Of a stretch of DNA of 64,000 nucleotides, positions 53,022-63,108 are shown piece by piece. Numbering within the stretch: position 1 is the stretch's first letter; each line of letters starts with the position of its first letter. Both the position numbers and the translations under genes were made by a program. The stretch comes from Gemmatimonadota bacterium (GTDB lineage Bacteria > Gemmatimonadota > Gemmatimonadetes > Longimicrobiales > Gaopeijiaceae): NCBI GenBank assembly GCA_034521595.1, contig JAXHMG010000003.1, forward strand, positions 1,216,001 to 1,280,000, written 5' to 3'. The notes beneath the pieces were generated by a model. That model did no database searches. It saw only the letters and a program-made list of their open reading frames with translations, and had not been told where the DNA came from.

Positions 53022-54409
53022 AGCGCGCGAGCGCTCTCTTGGCCACGGCCGTCCTGACCGGATGTGCCGGAGGGGCCTCCGGGCCCGCCGGTCCCGTGGT
53101 GTCCCCCACGGGTATCGTCTACGAGCCCGGCACCCCTCCTTCCGAGACACAGTACTCACAGACCGCGGCGCTTTATCTCCGCTCCGACGAGCCGGAGCGC
53201 GCGCTACGCCGAGCCCTGGAGGGCGTCGAGGCCGATCCCGGGAACCCGATCCATCACTTTCTCGCGGGCGTGGCCCATGCACGTCTCGGTGCGTACGAGG
53301 CCGCCGACTCCCTGTGGAAGACGGCGCAACGCATCTACCCCGCGTACGAGCTCGACATCGAGCCCGAGCGCCTCGCCGCATGGGCGGACGCCTTCAACGA
53401 GGGGTCGGATGCGTACGCGGAAAGACGGGATTCCGCCGCGATCCGCGCGTGGCGCGACGCCACCCTGATGTACAACCTCCGCCCCGAAGCTCACCGTAAC
53501 CTGGGCATGCTCCTCACCCAACAAGGTCGTCTGAACGAGGCAGCGGAGGTCTATCGAGACCTCCTCGAGGGCCTGCAACGGGTGCCCGCGACGAGGCACC
53601 TGAGCGACGAAGCGAGATCGCGTCGTGCCGCCACCCGCATCGAAACGGAGGAGCGCCTCTCGGAAGCACTCCTACTGAGCGACCGATACGCCGAGGCCGA
53701 GCCGCTGCTACGGCAGAAGGTGGCCCGGAACCCCGAGGACCCCCGAGCTCGCCAGGCGCTCGCCGACGCTCTGGTGGGCCAGGAGCTGCGGGAGGAAGCC
53801 CGAGCCATTTACGACGAGCTCCTCGCCGACGACCGTCTGGACGGCACGGACCTCCACAATCTGGGGGTCACCCTCTTTCGAGCGGGCTTTCCGAAACGGG
53901 CGGCGGAGGCGTTCCGGCTCCTCACCGAAGCACGTCCGGACGCTCGCGACGCTTGGTTCAACTACGCGAACGCCCTCCTCGCCTCGGAGCGGTGGGAGAC
54001 GCTCGTTGCCGTGACCGACCAACTCGTTCAGCTCGACCCCCTCGGAGAAGGAGCCGGAATGATCGCGGCCCGCGCGCGCCTCGAATCCGGTGACGAACAG
54101 GGCGCCCTCCAGCGGCTCGAAGAGGTCGATACCGCCCCCGTTCACCTGGAGGGACTCGTCCTGCAACCGGCATCCTCGGCGACCCGGCTGGAAGGCCGGG
54201 TGGTCGGCAACGCCGGCGAGCCCGGAAGTGCCCTACGCCTCCGCTTCACCTTCTTCGGAGAAGGCTCCGGAGACGCAGGCCGGGCCTACGCCGAGACGTC
54301 GGTTCAGGTGCCGCCGGCCGACGAGAGTCACCCACTCGAGCTCACGGTCGGCATACGCGCGACGGGTTACCGGTACGAAGTCGTGGAGACGGCGGAGTCG
54401 GGCGGATAA
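53015..54409 (+). CDS. TPR-repeat lipoprotein, paralog of 6885..8330
   Basis: Lipobox LTGC, TPR-like helices, beta-rich C-terminus; overlaps the TonB stop. Confidence 0.78.
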   Translation: MVKRASALLATAVLTGCAGGASGPAGPVVSPTGIVYEPGTPPSETQYSQTAALYLRSDEPERALRRALEGVEADPGNPIHHFLAGVAHARLGAYEAADSLWKTAQRIYPAYELDIEPERLAAWADAFNEGSDAYAERRDSAAIRAWRDATLMYNLRPEAHRNLGMLLTQQGRLNEAAEVYRDLLEGLQRVPATRHLSDEARSRRAATRIETEERLSEALLLSDRYAEAEPLLRQKVARNPEDPRARQALADALVGQELREEARAIYDELLADDRLDGTDLHNLGVTLFRAGFPKRAAEAFRLLTEARPDARDAWFNYANALLASERWETLVAVTDQLVQLDPLGEGAGMIAARARLESGDEQGALQRLEEVDTAPVHLEGLVLQPASSATRLEGRVVGNAGEPGSALRLRFTFFGEGSGDAGRAYAETSVQVPPADESHPLELTVGIRATGYRYEVVETAESGG

Positions 54410-55758
54410 ACCCGCAGGAGGAGATCGTCTCCATCGCGCGGGACACCACGCCCGTCCGTGTTGCTCGTACCGAGCCAAAGGCCCCCGTCGGGGGCGACGC
54501 GAACCAAACGAAGCCGCCCGAAATCCTGCTCGAAGACGACCTCCTCGCACCCGACGCGCCATTGGCCTCTTCCGTCCCGCTCGAGGTCGAGCCGGCGCAA
54601 AGTCTCTCCGCGGAGCCCCGTCACCAAAGCGCTTCCACCCCACGATGAGCCGTCATCCGGGTAAAGGGCGAGGCCCGCGGGCGCGATCGCCGGCACCCAG
54701 GTCACCAGAGCCGACACGAAGGGCCCTCCTTCGGTGGTCCCGGTCGTGATCGGCCATCCCAGGTGGTCGCCCGCCTCGAGGGCGTTCAACTCGTCGCGAT
54801 TTCCGCGATAGCCCTCCTGCACCATCCCCGACGGTCCGTGATCAATGGCGAACATCTGCCCCGTCTCCGCTTCCCACGCCATCCCTTGGACGTGGCGGAT
54901 TCCCGAGGCGAAGACGGGGGACGAGCTCTGCCCGTCCACACCGTCCGGACGGCCGTCCGGACGGTAGCGGAGGATCTTTCCTCGAAGCGATTCCGGGGCA
55001 TGGGCCGTCCACGGCTCGGTGGCATCTCCGTTACTGACGTATAGCAATCCGTCGGGACCGAAGCGGAGGCTGCCACCGCCATGCAACATGAAAGCGGGCA
55101 ACCCATCGACGATCACCTCCGGATCTCCCGCTCGGCCATCAACTTCAGTCAGGCGAAGCACGCGCAGCGTGGTCGGGTGCCCACGTTCCGAATCGAACAT
55201 ACGTTGTAGCCGACGCCAGGCGCCAAGCAGCCCTCGAGACACGGCGTTCGACGGGATGCTCCTGTGCGTCGCCGCCACGTACACCTCCAACGCCCCCGCT
55301 TCGTTCGTTCTGGCGTCGATGCCCATGAGTCCGACCTCCTCCTGGGCGTAGACGTTCAGCTCGGCCCAGGGTTCCGAGTCGATCGTACCGTCGGCCCGGA
55401 CCATCCGAATGCGTCCGGGGCGCTCCGTGAACAAAGCACGTCCGTCCGGCAAAAACACGAGATCCCAAGGCACGGACAGCCCGGTCCCCAGGGTGTCCAC
55501 ACGCAGCGCTCCGGCCGAAGAGGGATCTTCGGCATCGAGTGTCTCACACACGGGCACCGAAGGTTCGGTCTCGCGCACCCCGAGCTCTTCGAGTGTCGGC
55601 AGGTCGCCCTCTTCCGGGCCGCACGCCCCGACGATCATGAGCAACACGCTCGAGACGAGCGCGTACTCGAGGCTCCCTCCGCGACGGGAGCGGAAGGGTG
55701 GACCGTCTCGGTGCCACTCGGAACGGAAGAACGAACCTACCAGAACAGGGCGGATCAC
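54367..55758 (-). CDS. PQQ-dependent glucose/sorbosone (aldose sugar) dehydrogenase, probable lipoprotein; start uncertain
   Basis: GLSVPWDLVFLPDG, TERPGRI, HGGGSLRFGPDG, GIRHVQG, DHGP, DELN, GWP, GRLR. Confidence 0.88.
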   Translation of the reverse strand: MIRPVLVGSFFRSEWHRDGPPFRSRRGGSLEYALVSSVLLMIVGACGPEEGDLPTLEELGVRETEPSVPVCETLDAEDPSSAGALRVDTLGTGLSVPWDLVFLPDGRALFTERPGRIRMVRADGTIDSEPWAELNVYAQEEVGLMGIDARTNEAGALEVYVAATHRSIPSNAVSRGLLGAWRRLQRMFDSERGHPTTLRVLRLTEVDGRAGDPEVIVDGLPAFMLHGGGSLRFGPDGLLYVSNGDATEPWTAHAPESLRGKILRYRPDGRPDGVDGQSSSPVFASGIRHVQGMAWEAETGQMFAIDHGPSGMVQEGYRGNRDELNALEAGDHLGWPITTGTTEGGPFVSALVTWVPAIAPAGLALYPDDGSSWGGSALVTGLRGETLRRLDLERDGRGQWRVGCEEVVFEQDFGRLRLVRVAPDGGLWLGTSNTDGRGVPRDGDDLLLRVYPPDSAVSTTSYR

Positions 55759-55880
55759 TTGGACCTCGACTCCATGGTGTTGGTGTTGCAGTATGTGGGA
55801 GCCGGTTCACCGGATCTCCGGCTCGGGCGACCTTCCTACTCAGGACGTTCGTGTACGATCCCCGCAACAAGGAGGACCCC

Positions 55881-56840
55881 GTGCCCCGCTGGCCGACCTC
55901 GACCCCGCTCCCAGGCGCGGCGAAATCGTTGCAGCGCCTCGGACTCGGGGGGATGCCACTCTCGATCTCGGTTCGGCCCGATCCGGCCGAGGCCCGCGCG
56001 TTGATCCGGCACGCGGTCGAGTCCGGCGTGGAGCTCATCGACACGGCCGACAGCTACGCACGGGACGACCGTGAGACCGGACACAACGAACGGTTGATCG
56101 CCGACGCCCTTCGCGAGATGGACATGGACCCCGCGGCCGGGCTCGAGGAAGCGGTACCGATCGTCGCGACGAAAGGCGGGCGCACACGCCCCGGAGGCGA
56201 GTGGGCGATCAACGGCAGGCCCGAGCACCTCCGCCAAGCGTGCCACGCGAGCCTCGAGGCGCTCGGAGTCGACCGCATCCCGCTGTATCAACTCCACACT
56301 CCCGACCCTGACGTTCCGTTCGAGGAGAGCGTGGGCGCCCTCGTGCAGCTGCGTGACGAAGGAAAGATCGGGCTCATCGGCCTCTCGAACGTCTCACTGA
56401 AGCAGATGGACACGGCCAGCGCGCTCACCCCCATCGCATCCGTGCAGAACCGGCTCTCGGTGTGGGACGCGGGGCTTCGAAAGCCTCCCGTGGTCGCTCG
56501 CTGTGCCGCCCAAGGCATCCTGTTCATGGCATACGCCCCCCTCGGGGGTCGAGAGAGAGCGGGCTCGTTGGGCGACGTCGGGCCGCTCGCCGCTCTAGCC
56601 GAAAGCCTCCGCGTGACCCCCCAGGAGCTCGCGCTCGCGTGGCTGTTCGACCTCGATCCGGCCATCGTTCCGATTCCGGGAGCCACGCGGACCTCGAGCA
56701 TCGACAGCGGGCTTCGAGCGCTCCGGCTCGAATTGGAGCCCCACCACATTCGCGATCTTCGCCGCGCGCTCCGTCAGATGCCCGACCGAAAAGGGGTCGC
56801 TACGCGGATCGCGTCGAAGGTTCGTCGAGCTCTGGACTAA
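55881..56840 (+). CDS. Aldo/keto reductase
   Basis: GLGGM, IDTADSY, ATKGG, LYQLH, IGLSN, PIPG; GGAGG SD before the GTG at 55881. Confidence 0.92.
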   Translation: MPRWPTSTPLPGAAKSLQRLGLGGMPLSISVRPDPAEARALIRHAVESGVELIDTADSYARDDRETGHNERLIADALREMDMDPAAGLEEAVPIVATKGGRTRPGGEWAINGRPEHLRQACHASLEALGVDRIPLYQLHTPDPDVPFEESVGALVQLRDEGKIGLIGLSNVSLKQMDTASALTPIASVQNRLSVWDAGLRKPPVVARCAAQGILFMAYAPLGGRERAGSLGDVGPLAALAESLRVTPQELALAWLFDLDPAIVPIPGATRTSSIDSGLRALRLELEPHHIRDLRRALRQMPDRKGVATRIASKVRRALD

Positions 56841-56882
56841 CCCGAGACCCCGGCGACGACGGACCGCGAGCACCGCCGCGGA

Positions 56883-58034
56883 TCATCGGGACGGCAACAC
56901 CCAGAGCCGGCCGAGCGTGTCGGCGTCCAGCTCCACCGTCCGAATGTGCTCGAGTGAATCGGCATCAAAGACGTCGATCGTGTTCCCCGCATTATAAAGA
57001 TAGAGGAGCTCTCCATTGGAGCTGACCTCGAGCTCCATGCGCGGCCGCCCGTCGAACTCAACGTGCCGGGCGGTTCCCGCCTCCATGTCGATCGCCCACA
57101 TCTGATAGTTCTCGAGCTCCTGGTGGAGCCCGTACGCGTGATCACGGTCCGGAGCGAGGGCGAAGCTGACGCGGGACGTCGGTCCGGTTTCCGACGGCCC
57201 CAGCAGGAAGAAGTCGATATCCCTCGAGCCGGGATTGGCGCGCGCGACTCCCAGGAGCTCGCGGTCCTGCACTTCCTCGTCGATGCGGAACATCCCGGTA
57301 TGCCAGCCCTCTACCTCACGAGGAGTGGTGGGGAATCCGAATTCGAAGTCACCGAGACCCTGATCGAGGGCGTCCCCGTATTCCCAGCGGTCCGTGGGCT
57401 CGTACGTGTCGGTGTCGTAGATCCGAACGTCGTCCATGAAGAAGTAGAGCGCCTCGCCGTCGGGCGAATAAGCGAAGCTGGCGCCCTCCTGGGGCTCGCC
57501 GTCGGGCCACGGGACGTCCTGCACGACCCGGTGCTCGTCCATGTCGTAGAGCACCAACTCCATCTCCCCGATCTCCCACCGATCCCGCAGCTTCTCGTAG
57601 CGCCGGGTCATGAGCACGGCATGCCTGCCGTTCGGGTGGACCGCCATGCCGCGGATCCGGATCCTCGAATTCCGCTCACTGAGCGTGAATGCATCGACGC
57701 TCTCCCGCGTCTCGAGATCGATCACCTCCACGTGCTCGTAGTCGATCATCTGGGCGATGATCCGCCGCCCGTCGGCAGTCGGCGTGAGGGTGCCGGGGAT
57801 GCCCGAGGTCGTGGCGATCTTGTCCACCAGGGTCAGGTCCGATTCACGCAGCACGTGGATGGACCGCTCGTACGTCGCCACATAGATCAGGCCGTCGCCA
57901 CCGCTCCGGACCTGGGCTTCCGAGACGGTGGGGATCGCCGCGGCAGCGAGCGCGACGAGCACCAGCACCGTCTCTCGGACGGTCGGGTACCGACCCGGCG
58001 CGAGGAGGCGTTTCCAGCGCGTCACGGCGGTCAC
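56883..58034 (-). CDS. qhpB: Quinohemoprotein amine dehydrogenase beta subunit (beta-propeller)
   Basis: Signal peptide, propeller-like repeats (YSPDGEALY, SSNGELLYL..IDVFDADSLE); GTGA overlap with qhpC; expected position in the operon. Confidence 0.75.
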   Translation of the reverse strand: MTAVTRWKRLLAPGRYPTVRETVLVLVALAAAAIPTVSEAQVRSGGDGLIYVATYERSIHVLRESDLTLVDKIATTSGIPGTLTPTADGRRIIAQMIDYEHVEVIDLETRESVDAFTLSERNSRIRIRGMAVHPNGRHAVLMTRRYEKLRDRWEIGEMELVLYDMDEHRVVQDVPWPDGEPQEGASFAYSPDGEALYFFMDDVRIYDTDTYEPTDRWEYGDALDQGLGDFEFGFPTTPREVEGWHTGMFRIDEEVQDRELLGVARANPGSRDIDFFLLGPSETGPTSRVSFALAPDRDHAYGLHQELENYQMWAIDMEAGTARHVEFDGRPRMELEVSSNGELLYLYNAGNTIDVFDADSLEHIRTVELDADTLGRLWVLPSR

Positions 58035-58435
58035 GGGAACACCAGATCCAGCTTCCGCCAGTCTTTCTGGGCCGCCGCGCACTTGCTGGTCCAGTCGCCC
58101 GCGTTGTTGAGCTGATCGGGAACCTGCGCGGGCCAGAAACAGCCCAGGTGGCAGTCGAAGAGGTCTCGCTCGACGGGCTGACAGAGACCGGCGGTCCCAC
58201 CCCCGGAGTCGGTCTCCCACCCCGGAGAGAAGATCAGGGTGCACCCGAAGGGAATCTGAGGACCGTCGGGCCCCGAGCTTTCCAATCCCACCACGTCGAG
58301 CTCGTCTTCGGCCGAGGCCGCCCCCGTTCCGTCCGGGTGCTCACCCTCGGAAGCCGCGGCGGCGCTCCGCCGCTCACCCTCGACGTAGCGCTCGACGCGC
58401 GCCGCCTTTTGGTTGACCGCCTTGATACGCCTCAT
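58031..58435 (-). CDS. qhpC: Quinohemoprotein amine dehydrogenase gamma subunit (CTQ precursor)
   Basis: GCTLIFSPGWE, LCQPVERDLFDC, CFWPAQVPD, DWRKL; leader MRRIKAVNQKA. Confidence 0.93.
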   Translation of the reverse strand: MRRIKAVNQKAARVERYVEGERRSAAAASEGEHPDGTGAASAEDELDVVGLESSGPDGPQIPFGCTLIFSPGWETDSGGGTAGLCQPVERDLFDCHLGCFWPAQVPDQLNNAGDWTSKCAAAQKDWRKLDLVFP

Positions 58436-58446
58436 GTCCCGTCGCC

Positions 58447-59874
58447 TCAGTGCTCGAAGTGGTTCAGGAATCCCGGGTTGCGCACCGCTAGCGCCCCGTA
58501 GACGCGCAGACAGATGTCCGTCCACGAACGAATCCACTCACAGTAGTGAAGATTGGGCGCCTTCGTCGTTCCGTACCGAGTGTGCGCCTCGTGATAACAC
58601 CCGCCCGCACAGAGAGGCCGTGCCCAGCAGGTGTGGCAATCGGGCTTGTACGCGACGTGGTGCTCCTCAAGGAACTGCACCTGCTTCTCCCGATCCACGC
58701 CATCGGTGACACTCCCGAAACGATGCTCTTCCGATCCCGCGAACCGGTGGCATAGGCCGAGATTCCCGTCGGTCGAGACCCCGAGCATGCCGACCCCCGC
58801 ACCACACGGGTGGGACTTGCTGAATCCCTTGTGGATCTCCTCGATGGACTCGCTCACGTTCGAGAACCCGTGGTGACGCCCTTGAACGGCATATTCGAGC
58901 CACTCCCAGGCCAGCTCCTCGAACTGTTCGAGCATCCGGTCGAGCGCCTCGCCCTCGATCGCGTAGTCACGACCTTCGGCGGTCGTCACGGGGGCGAAGC
59001 CAACCTCCCAGAACCCGATGTCTTCGGTCAGGTGCCGGAACGCCCCGATCACGTCGAGGTTCTGCTTGGTGAGCGTCACGCGGGCTCCGACCGGTCGCGA
59101 CGTGTGCCGCTGGAGGAGCTCACGGACGCGCGGGACGACCTCGTCGTAACTTCCCTTTCCGTTGTTGAAGACGCGCAGCTCGTCCTGCACCTCGCGTGGC
59201 CCGTCGATCGAGACCGTGACGCCGACCTCGTTCTCGGCGAGCCATTCGATGACGTCCGGTTTGAGGAGCGTTCCGTTCGTCGTGAGGCTGAAGTCGACCC
59301 TCTTACCCTCTGCCTCCGCCCGCTCACGGGCATAAGCGAGCGTGGACTGCAGGAGCTTGAAGTTCAGCAGCGTCTCCCCTCCGAAGAAGGTCAGATGACA
59401 CCGCTCGCCCACTCCGGCCTCCGCGAGCATGAAGTCCACGCTCTGGCGGGCCGTTTCCTCGTCCATGAACCGCGGCATGGTGCCCGCTTCCACCAGCTTG
59501 TCGTCACCGTACTCGTAGCAGTACGTGCACCCGAGGTTGCACTTGCTCGTGACGTTCAGGACCATCGTCTTGAGCGGGATTCCGTCCGGCGGCGCCTCGA
59601 CCGGCATGGGCTCGGGTCCCGCGTCCTCGGGCCCGATGGCACGGACCTCGTAGAGGTCGACGACGGCGGCGCGGACTTCGGCGGGCGGAAGCGTGTCGGA
59701 AAGGCCGGACTCCAGCCCTTCGACGGTGTCCGGTCCCACGTCTTCGAGCCGATCGAGCACGGCCGAGGCGGCGTCATCGGCACAGAACACCGCCGCGCTC
59801 GGCACCAGGTAGAGGAAGCGCAGCCCCTCGGCCTCGAAGGCGTGGTATTCTCTGGGGGCCAGTCGAGCGCTCAT
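58447..59874 (-). CDS. qhpD: Radical SAM/SPASM thioether-forming maturase
   Basis: CNLGCTYC, FFGGE, SIDG, SPASM CGAG..CHRF..CHTCWARPLCAGGCYHE; ATGA overlap with qhpA. Confidence 0.93.
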   Translation of the reverse strand: MSARLAPREYHAFEAEGLRFLYLVPSAAVFCADDAASAVLDRLEDVGPDTVEGLESGLSDTLPPAEVRAAVVDLYEVRAIGPEDAGPEPMPVEAPPDGIPLKTMVLNVTSKCNLGCTYCYEYGDDKLVEAGTMPRFMDEETARQSVDFMLAEAGVGERCHLTFFGGETLLNFKLLQSTLAYARERAEAEGKRVDFSLTTNGTLLKPDVIEWLAENEVGVTVSIDGPREVQDELRVFNNGKGSYDEVVPRVRELLQRHTSRPVGARVTLTKQNLDVIGAFRHLTEDIGFWEVGFAPVTTAEGRDYAIEGEALDRMLEQFEELAWEWLEYAVQGRHHGFSNVSESIEEIHKGFSKSHPCGAGVGMLGVSTDGNLGLCHRFAGSEEHRFGSVTDGVDREKQVQFLEEHHVAYKPDCHTCWARPLCAGGCYHEAHTRYGTTKAPNLHYCEWIRSWTDICLRVYGALAVRNPGFLNHFEH

Positions 59875-61589
59875 CGGTTCCCTCCCTCCTGGATGGTGTT
59901 CACGACTTCGGCGCGCGGCTCCCATTCGATGTAGCTGGGCGGTGAGACGACCAGGAAGCCGCGCGCACGCAGGGGCGCTTCCGACATGGGAGCGCCCTCC
60001 CTTCGGTGCTCGGCCCGGACCCACACCTCCCCGATGTTGTTTCTGAGGCCGCTGCGTTCCGGATTGGGACCGTCCACCGCCGGGGTGAAACGGCCGTCCT
60101 GGTCGATCTCGCCGACGAAGTCCACGTCATCGTCGTCCCAGGTGCGCGGGTATTCGACCAGGCTCCAGCTCGCGTCCACGACGCCAATCCGGATGTCGTC
60201 GTCCGTGTCGCGCTCGCCGTCCGGACCGACGGCGAAGCCAACGGCCTCGAACCGCGCATATCCGGGAGCGAAGTTGCCCCCTCCCGTCCGGGCGATGGCC
60301 GGATGGGGCTCGACGCGGATGTAGTCGACCGCTTCGTAGACCACGAGGGCGCGATCCGCCCGGGCTCCGGCGATCACGACATCACGCGCGCCCGCAGGCG
60401 CACCCTCCTCGACCCGGATGCGAAGAGTGGCTCGATCCGACGCGACCTCGTCCACTCCGAGGATCTCCACGCCGGCCCCGAGATCGACATCTTGCGCGCC
60501 CAGAGACTCTGGCAGGTTGGCTCCGAAAATGCGGATCCGTTCCTCCGCACCGGTCACGGCCTTCTCCGGATACGCTCCGAGCACGACCGGAGCCGAGCCG
60601 ATTCGCACCATCTCGACATCGACGCCGATCTCCTCGTAGGCACCGGTGAACCACCGTCCATACATCTCGTTCCAGTCCCGCTCGACGAACATCACCTCGC
60701 GGAGCTCGGTATGCTCACCACCCGTTCCGTTCGAGCTTCCGCGCCACTGGTAACCGGTGTAGACGGTCGCCTCGCCGGAACGCTCGACGGTCCGGTCTTC
60801 CGCGGGGTAGAGATAGCGGGCCGAGGTGGTGAAGTCCTCACGCGCGGGCCCGTCGGCGGAGACGGTCACCGTGCCGTAGAGGGGGCCTCGGCCGACCTCA
60901 CGCCCCCGTACGGCCCAACGCCCCTCGATCCGAGCGGGCCGCATGTTTCGGGACCAGTCGCTCCAAGCCCTCGTTTCGAGCGGGTACTGCTCCGCGAGAC
61001 GCGCCACCGCGGCGTCCACCGGAAACTCGAAATCTCCTTCTTCTTCGGGAACGGAACCCCGGCGAAAGCGCTGGCGGTCGATGAGGGGATAGAGCCCCCG
61101 ATGCGTCTCGGTGACGAGCTCCCACTCCTCCGGGGTGCGACGCTGCGTCGCGATCCGCCCGAGAGTATGACAGGCGGTACAGGTCCGGCGGACCACTTCG
61201 GACATCTCCGGACGCTCCGTCAAATGCCGCCGCTCCACTTCCCAGAAGGCCGGACGCAGCTCCTCGGGCGCGAGGCCGTGCCGGTTGGCGAGGTAGCGTA
61301 CGATCTCTCGAGCGTCCTCGGGATCGACGCTCACGTCGTTGAGGGACACCATCCGCCGGATCGACTGGCTCCAGCCTTCGGGCGTCTTCCGAAGGTAGGA
61401 GATCCGGCTCATCCGTCCGTCGTCGTCCTGCTGATGACATCGGCTACAGTTGCGCACCACCAGCTCGCTCGTGACCGGGATGCCCTCCACGGCCCCCTGC
61501 CCTTCCTGCGCGTTCCCGGATTCGGGCACGGAGAGAACGGCCCCCACCAAGCCCACGCTGATGACCACGAGCGGACCTCGTCTCAGCAT
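59871..61589 (-). CDS. qhpA: Quinohemoprotein amine dehydrogenase alpha subunit (di-haem c)
   Basis: Signal peptide, CSRCH and CTACH, SRIS..RKTPEGW, YTGYQWRG, IARTGG, DDDVDFVG, GPNPER. Confidence 0.93.
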   Translation of the reverse strand: MLRRGPLVVISVGLVGAVLSVPESGNAQEGQGAVEGIPVTSELVVRNCSRCHQQDDDGRMSRISYLRKTPEGWSQSIRRMVSLNDVSVDPEDAREIVRYLANRHGLAPEELRPAFWEVERRHLTERPEMSEVVRRTCTACHTLGRIATQRRTPEEWELVTETHRGLYPLIDRQRFRRGSVPEEEGDFEFPVDAAVARLAEQYPLETRAWSDWSRNMRPARIEGRWAVRGREVGRGPLYGTVTVSADGPAREDFTTSARYLYPAEDRTVERSGEATVYTGYQWRGSSNGTGGEHTELREVMFVERDWNEMYGRWFTGAYEEIGVDVEMVRIGSAPVVLGAYPEKAVTGAEERIRIFGANLPESLGAQDVDLGAGVEILGVDEVASDRATLRIRVEEGAPAGARDVVIAGARADRALVVYEAVDYIRVEPHPAIARTGGGNFAPGYARFEAVGFAVGPDGERDTDDDIRIGVVDASWSLVEYPRTWDDDDVDFVGEIDQDGRFTPAVDGPNPERSGLRNNIGEVWVRAEHRREGAPMSEAPLRARGFLVVSPPSYIEWEPRAEVVNTIQEGGNR

Positions 61590-61782
61590 GCGGACGTCTC
61601 CTTGGTTGGCCCGTCCAACTTCGGACGCTCGAATCGATCGAACCGTTCGAGGACGGGGCGTTCAGGACAGCGCAAAGCGCTCTTGATCAGCGGATCACAG
61701 CTTGCAGCCGAACGCGCGCGCCTCACTCGCGTTCGATGTACGGGGGCGCCCCGCCTACGTCAAGGGCGTGACGCCTTGCCCG

Positions 61783-62940
61783 TCAGTTCCTGGTGTCGGC
61801 CGGCTCCAGTCGGAGGATGGGGGTTCGCGCCCCGTCCTCCCCCTCGACCGCGACGTATAGGTATCCATCGGGGCCCTCCCGTACAGCGCGGACCCGCCCG
61901 ATATCCGGTAGAAGCACTTCCTCCCGCACGATCTCGGTCCCATCCAAATCGAGGCGCGCGAGATACCCACCACTCAGGCCGCCGGCGAACGCATCTCCCT
62001 GCCAACGCGGGAAGCGGTCTCCGGTATAGAAGGTGAGGCCGGAAACCCCGATCGACGGGACCCACACGTGCACCGGCTGCTCCATCCCTTCCCGGTGCGT
62101 GCCCTCGTGGATCGCCGAGCCCGAGCCGTAATTCACCCCGTACCCGATCACGGGCCAACCGTAGTTCGCCCCCGCACGCACGATGTTGACCTCGTCCCCG
62201 CCCTGGGGCCCGTGCTCGTTGAGCCAGATGTCGCCCGTCTCCGGATGGATCGCGAGGCCCTGTGCGTTGCGATGTCCGTAGCTGTAGATGTCGGGGAGAG
62301 CCCCTGCCTGGTCGACGAACGGATTGTCATCCGGAACGCTCCCGTCGTCGTGCAGCCGCAGCGTCACGCCGTGATGGTTGGAGAGGTCCTGTGCGGGATG
62401 CGCCTCGAGGTCGCCGCTCGGCGAGACCTGCCGGTCTCCGACGGTGATGTACAGATAGCCATCGTCGTCGAACACGAGGCGAGATCCGTAGTGCCCGCGA
62501 CCCGACGACTCCGCTTCGAAGATCTCCTCCACCTCACTGAGCTGATCGTCCTCGAAGCGTCCTCGGATGACCGCGGTCGTGGAGCCGGACGCGAGCGGCT
62601 TCGAGTAGGACAGATAGACGAGGCGGTTGGACTCGAAGTCGGGATGGAGCGTGACGTCGAGCAAGCCCCCCTGCCCCTGGGCATGAACCTCCGGGACTCC
62701 TGGAACGGGGTCCGGAAGCAAGCGCCCATCCCGCACGATCCGCAGGCGCCCCGGACGCTCCGTGACGAGCATGTCGCCGCCCGGGAGGAACGCCATCGAC
62801 CAGGGCACCTCCAGGCCGTCCACCACGGTGACCGCACGGAAGTCGTGCGCCGCCGAGCGGTGGACGTCTTGAGCGTTCGTATCGCACGCGCTCAGCGCGA
62901 GTGCAGCCATCAACCATGCCGAACGTGTCCAGCGCCTCAT
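61783..62940 (-). CDS. PQQ-dependent aldose sugar dehydrogenase (YliI/Asd-like) lipoprotein
   Basis: Lipobox LSAC, PWSMAFLP, GQGGLLDV, HYGSRL, YGHRNAQG, EHGPQGGDEVN, NYGWP. Confidence 0.92.
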   Translation of the reverse strand: MRRWTRSAWLMAALALSACDTNAQDVHRSAAHDFRAVTVVDGLEVPWSMAFLPGGDMLVTERPGRLRIVRDGRLLPDPVPGVPEVHAQGQGGLLDVTLHPDFESNRLVYLSYSKPLASGSTTAVIRGRFEDDQLSEVEEIFEAESSGRGHYGSRLVFDDDGYLYITVGDRQVSPSGDLEAHPAQDLSNHHGVTLRLHDDGSVPDDNPFVDQAGALPDIYSYGHRNAQGLAIHPETGDIWLNEHGPQGGDEVNIVRAGANYGWPVIGYGVNYGSGSAIHEGTHREGMEQPVHVWVPSIGVSGLTFYTGDRFPRWQGDAFAGGLSGGYLARLDLDGTEIVREEVLLPDIGRVRAVREGPDGYLYVAVEGEDGARTPILRLEPADTRN

Positions 62941-63108
62941 ACTCGCTCCTCTTTCCTATGACGGAGTCGGGCCGCGAGGCCGCCGACACCTGCTTCGAAA
63001 TTCAGATGCGCCAGGACCCTCCCGGTCCCGTCGGGTTCCGATTCCATCACTCCTTCCACCGCTCCGAGCCTTCCTTCTTACAGCCATGGGCTGGAGGGGG
63101 GAGAATCC

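Noticed and set aside
61735-61763. Candidate qhpA promoter TTGACG-17 bp-TACATC
   Set aside because: The -10 lacks the conserved final T, so it is too weak to list as a feature.
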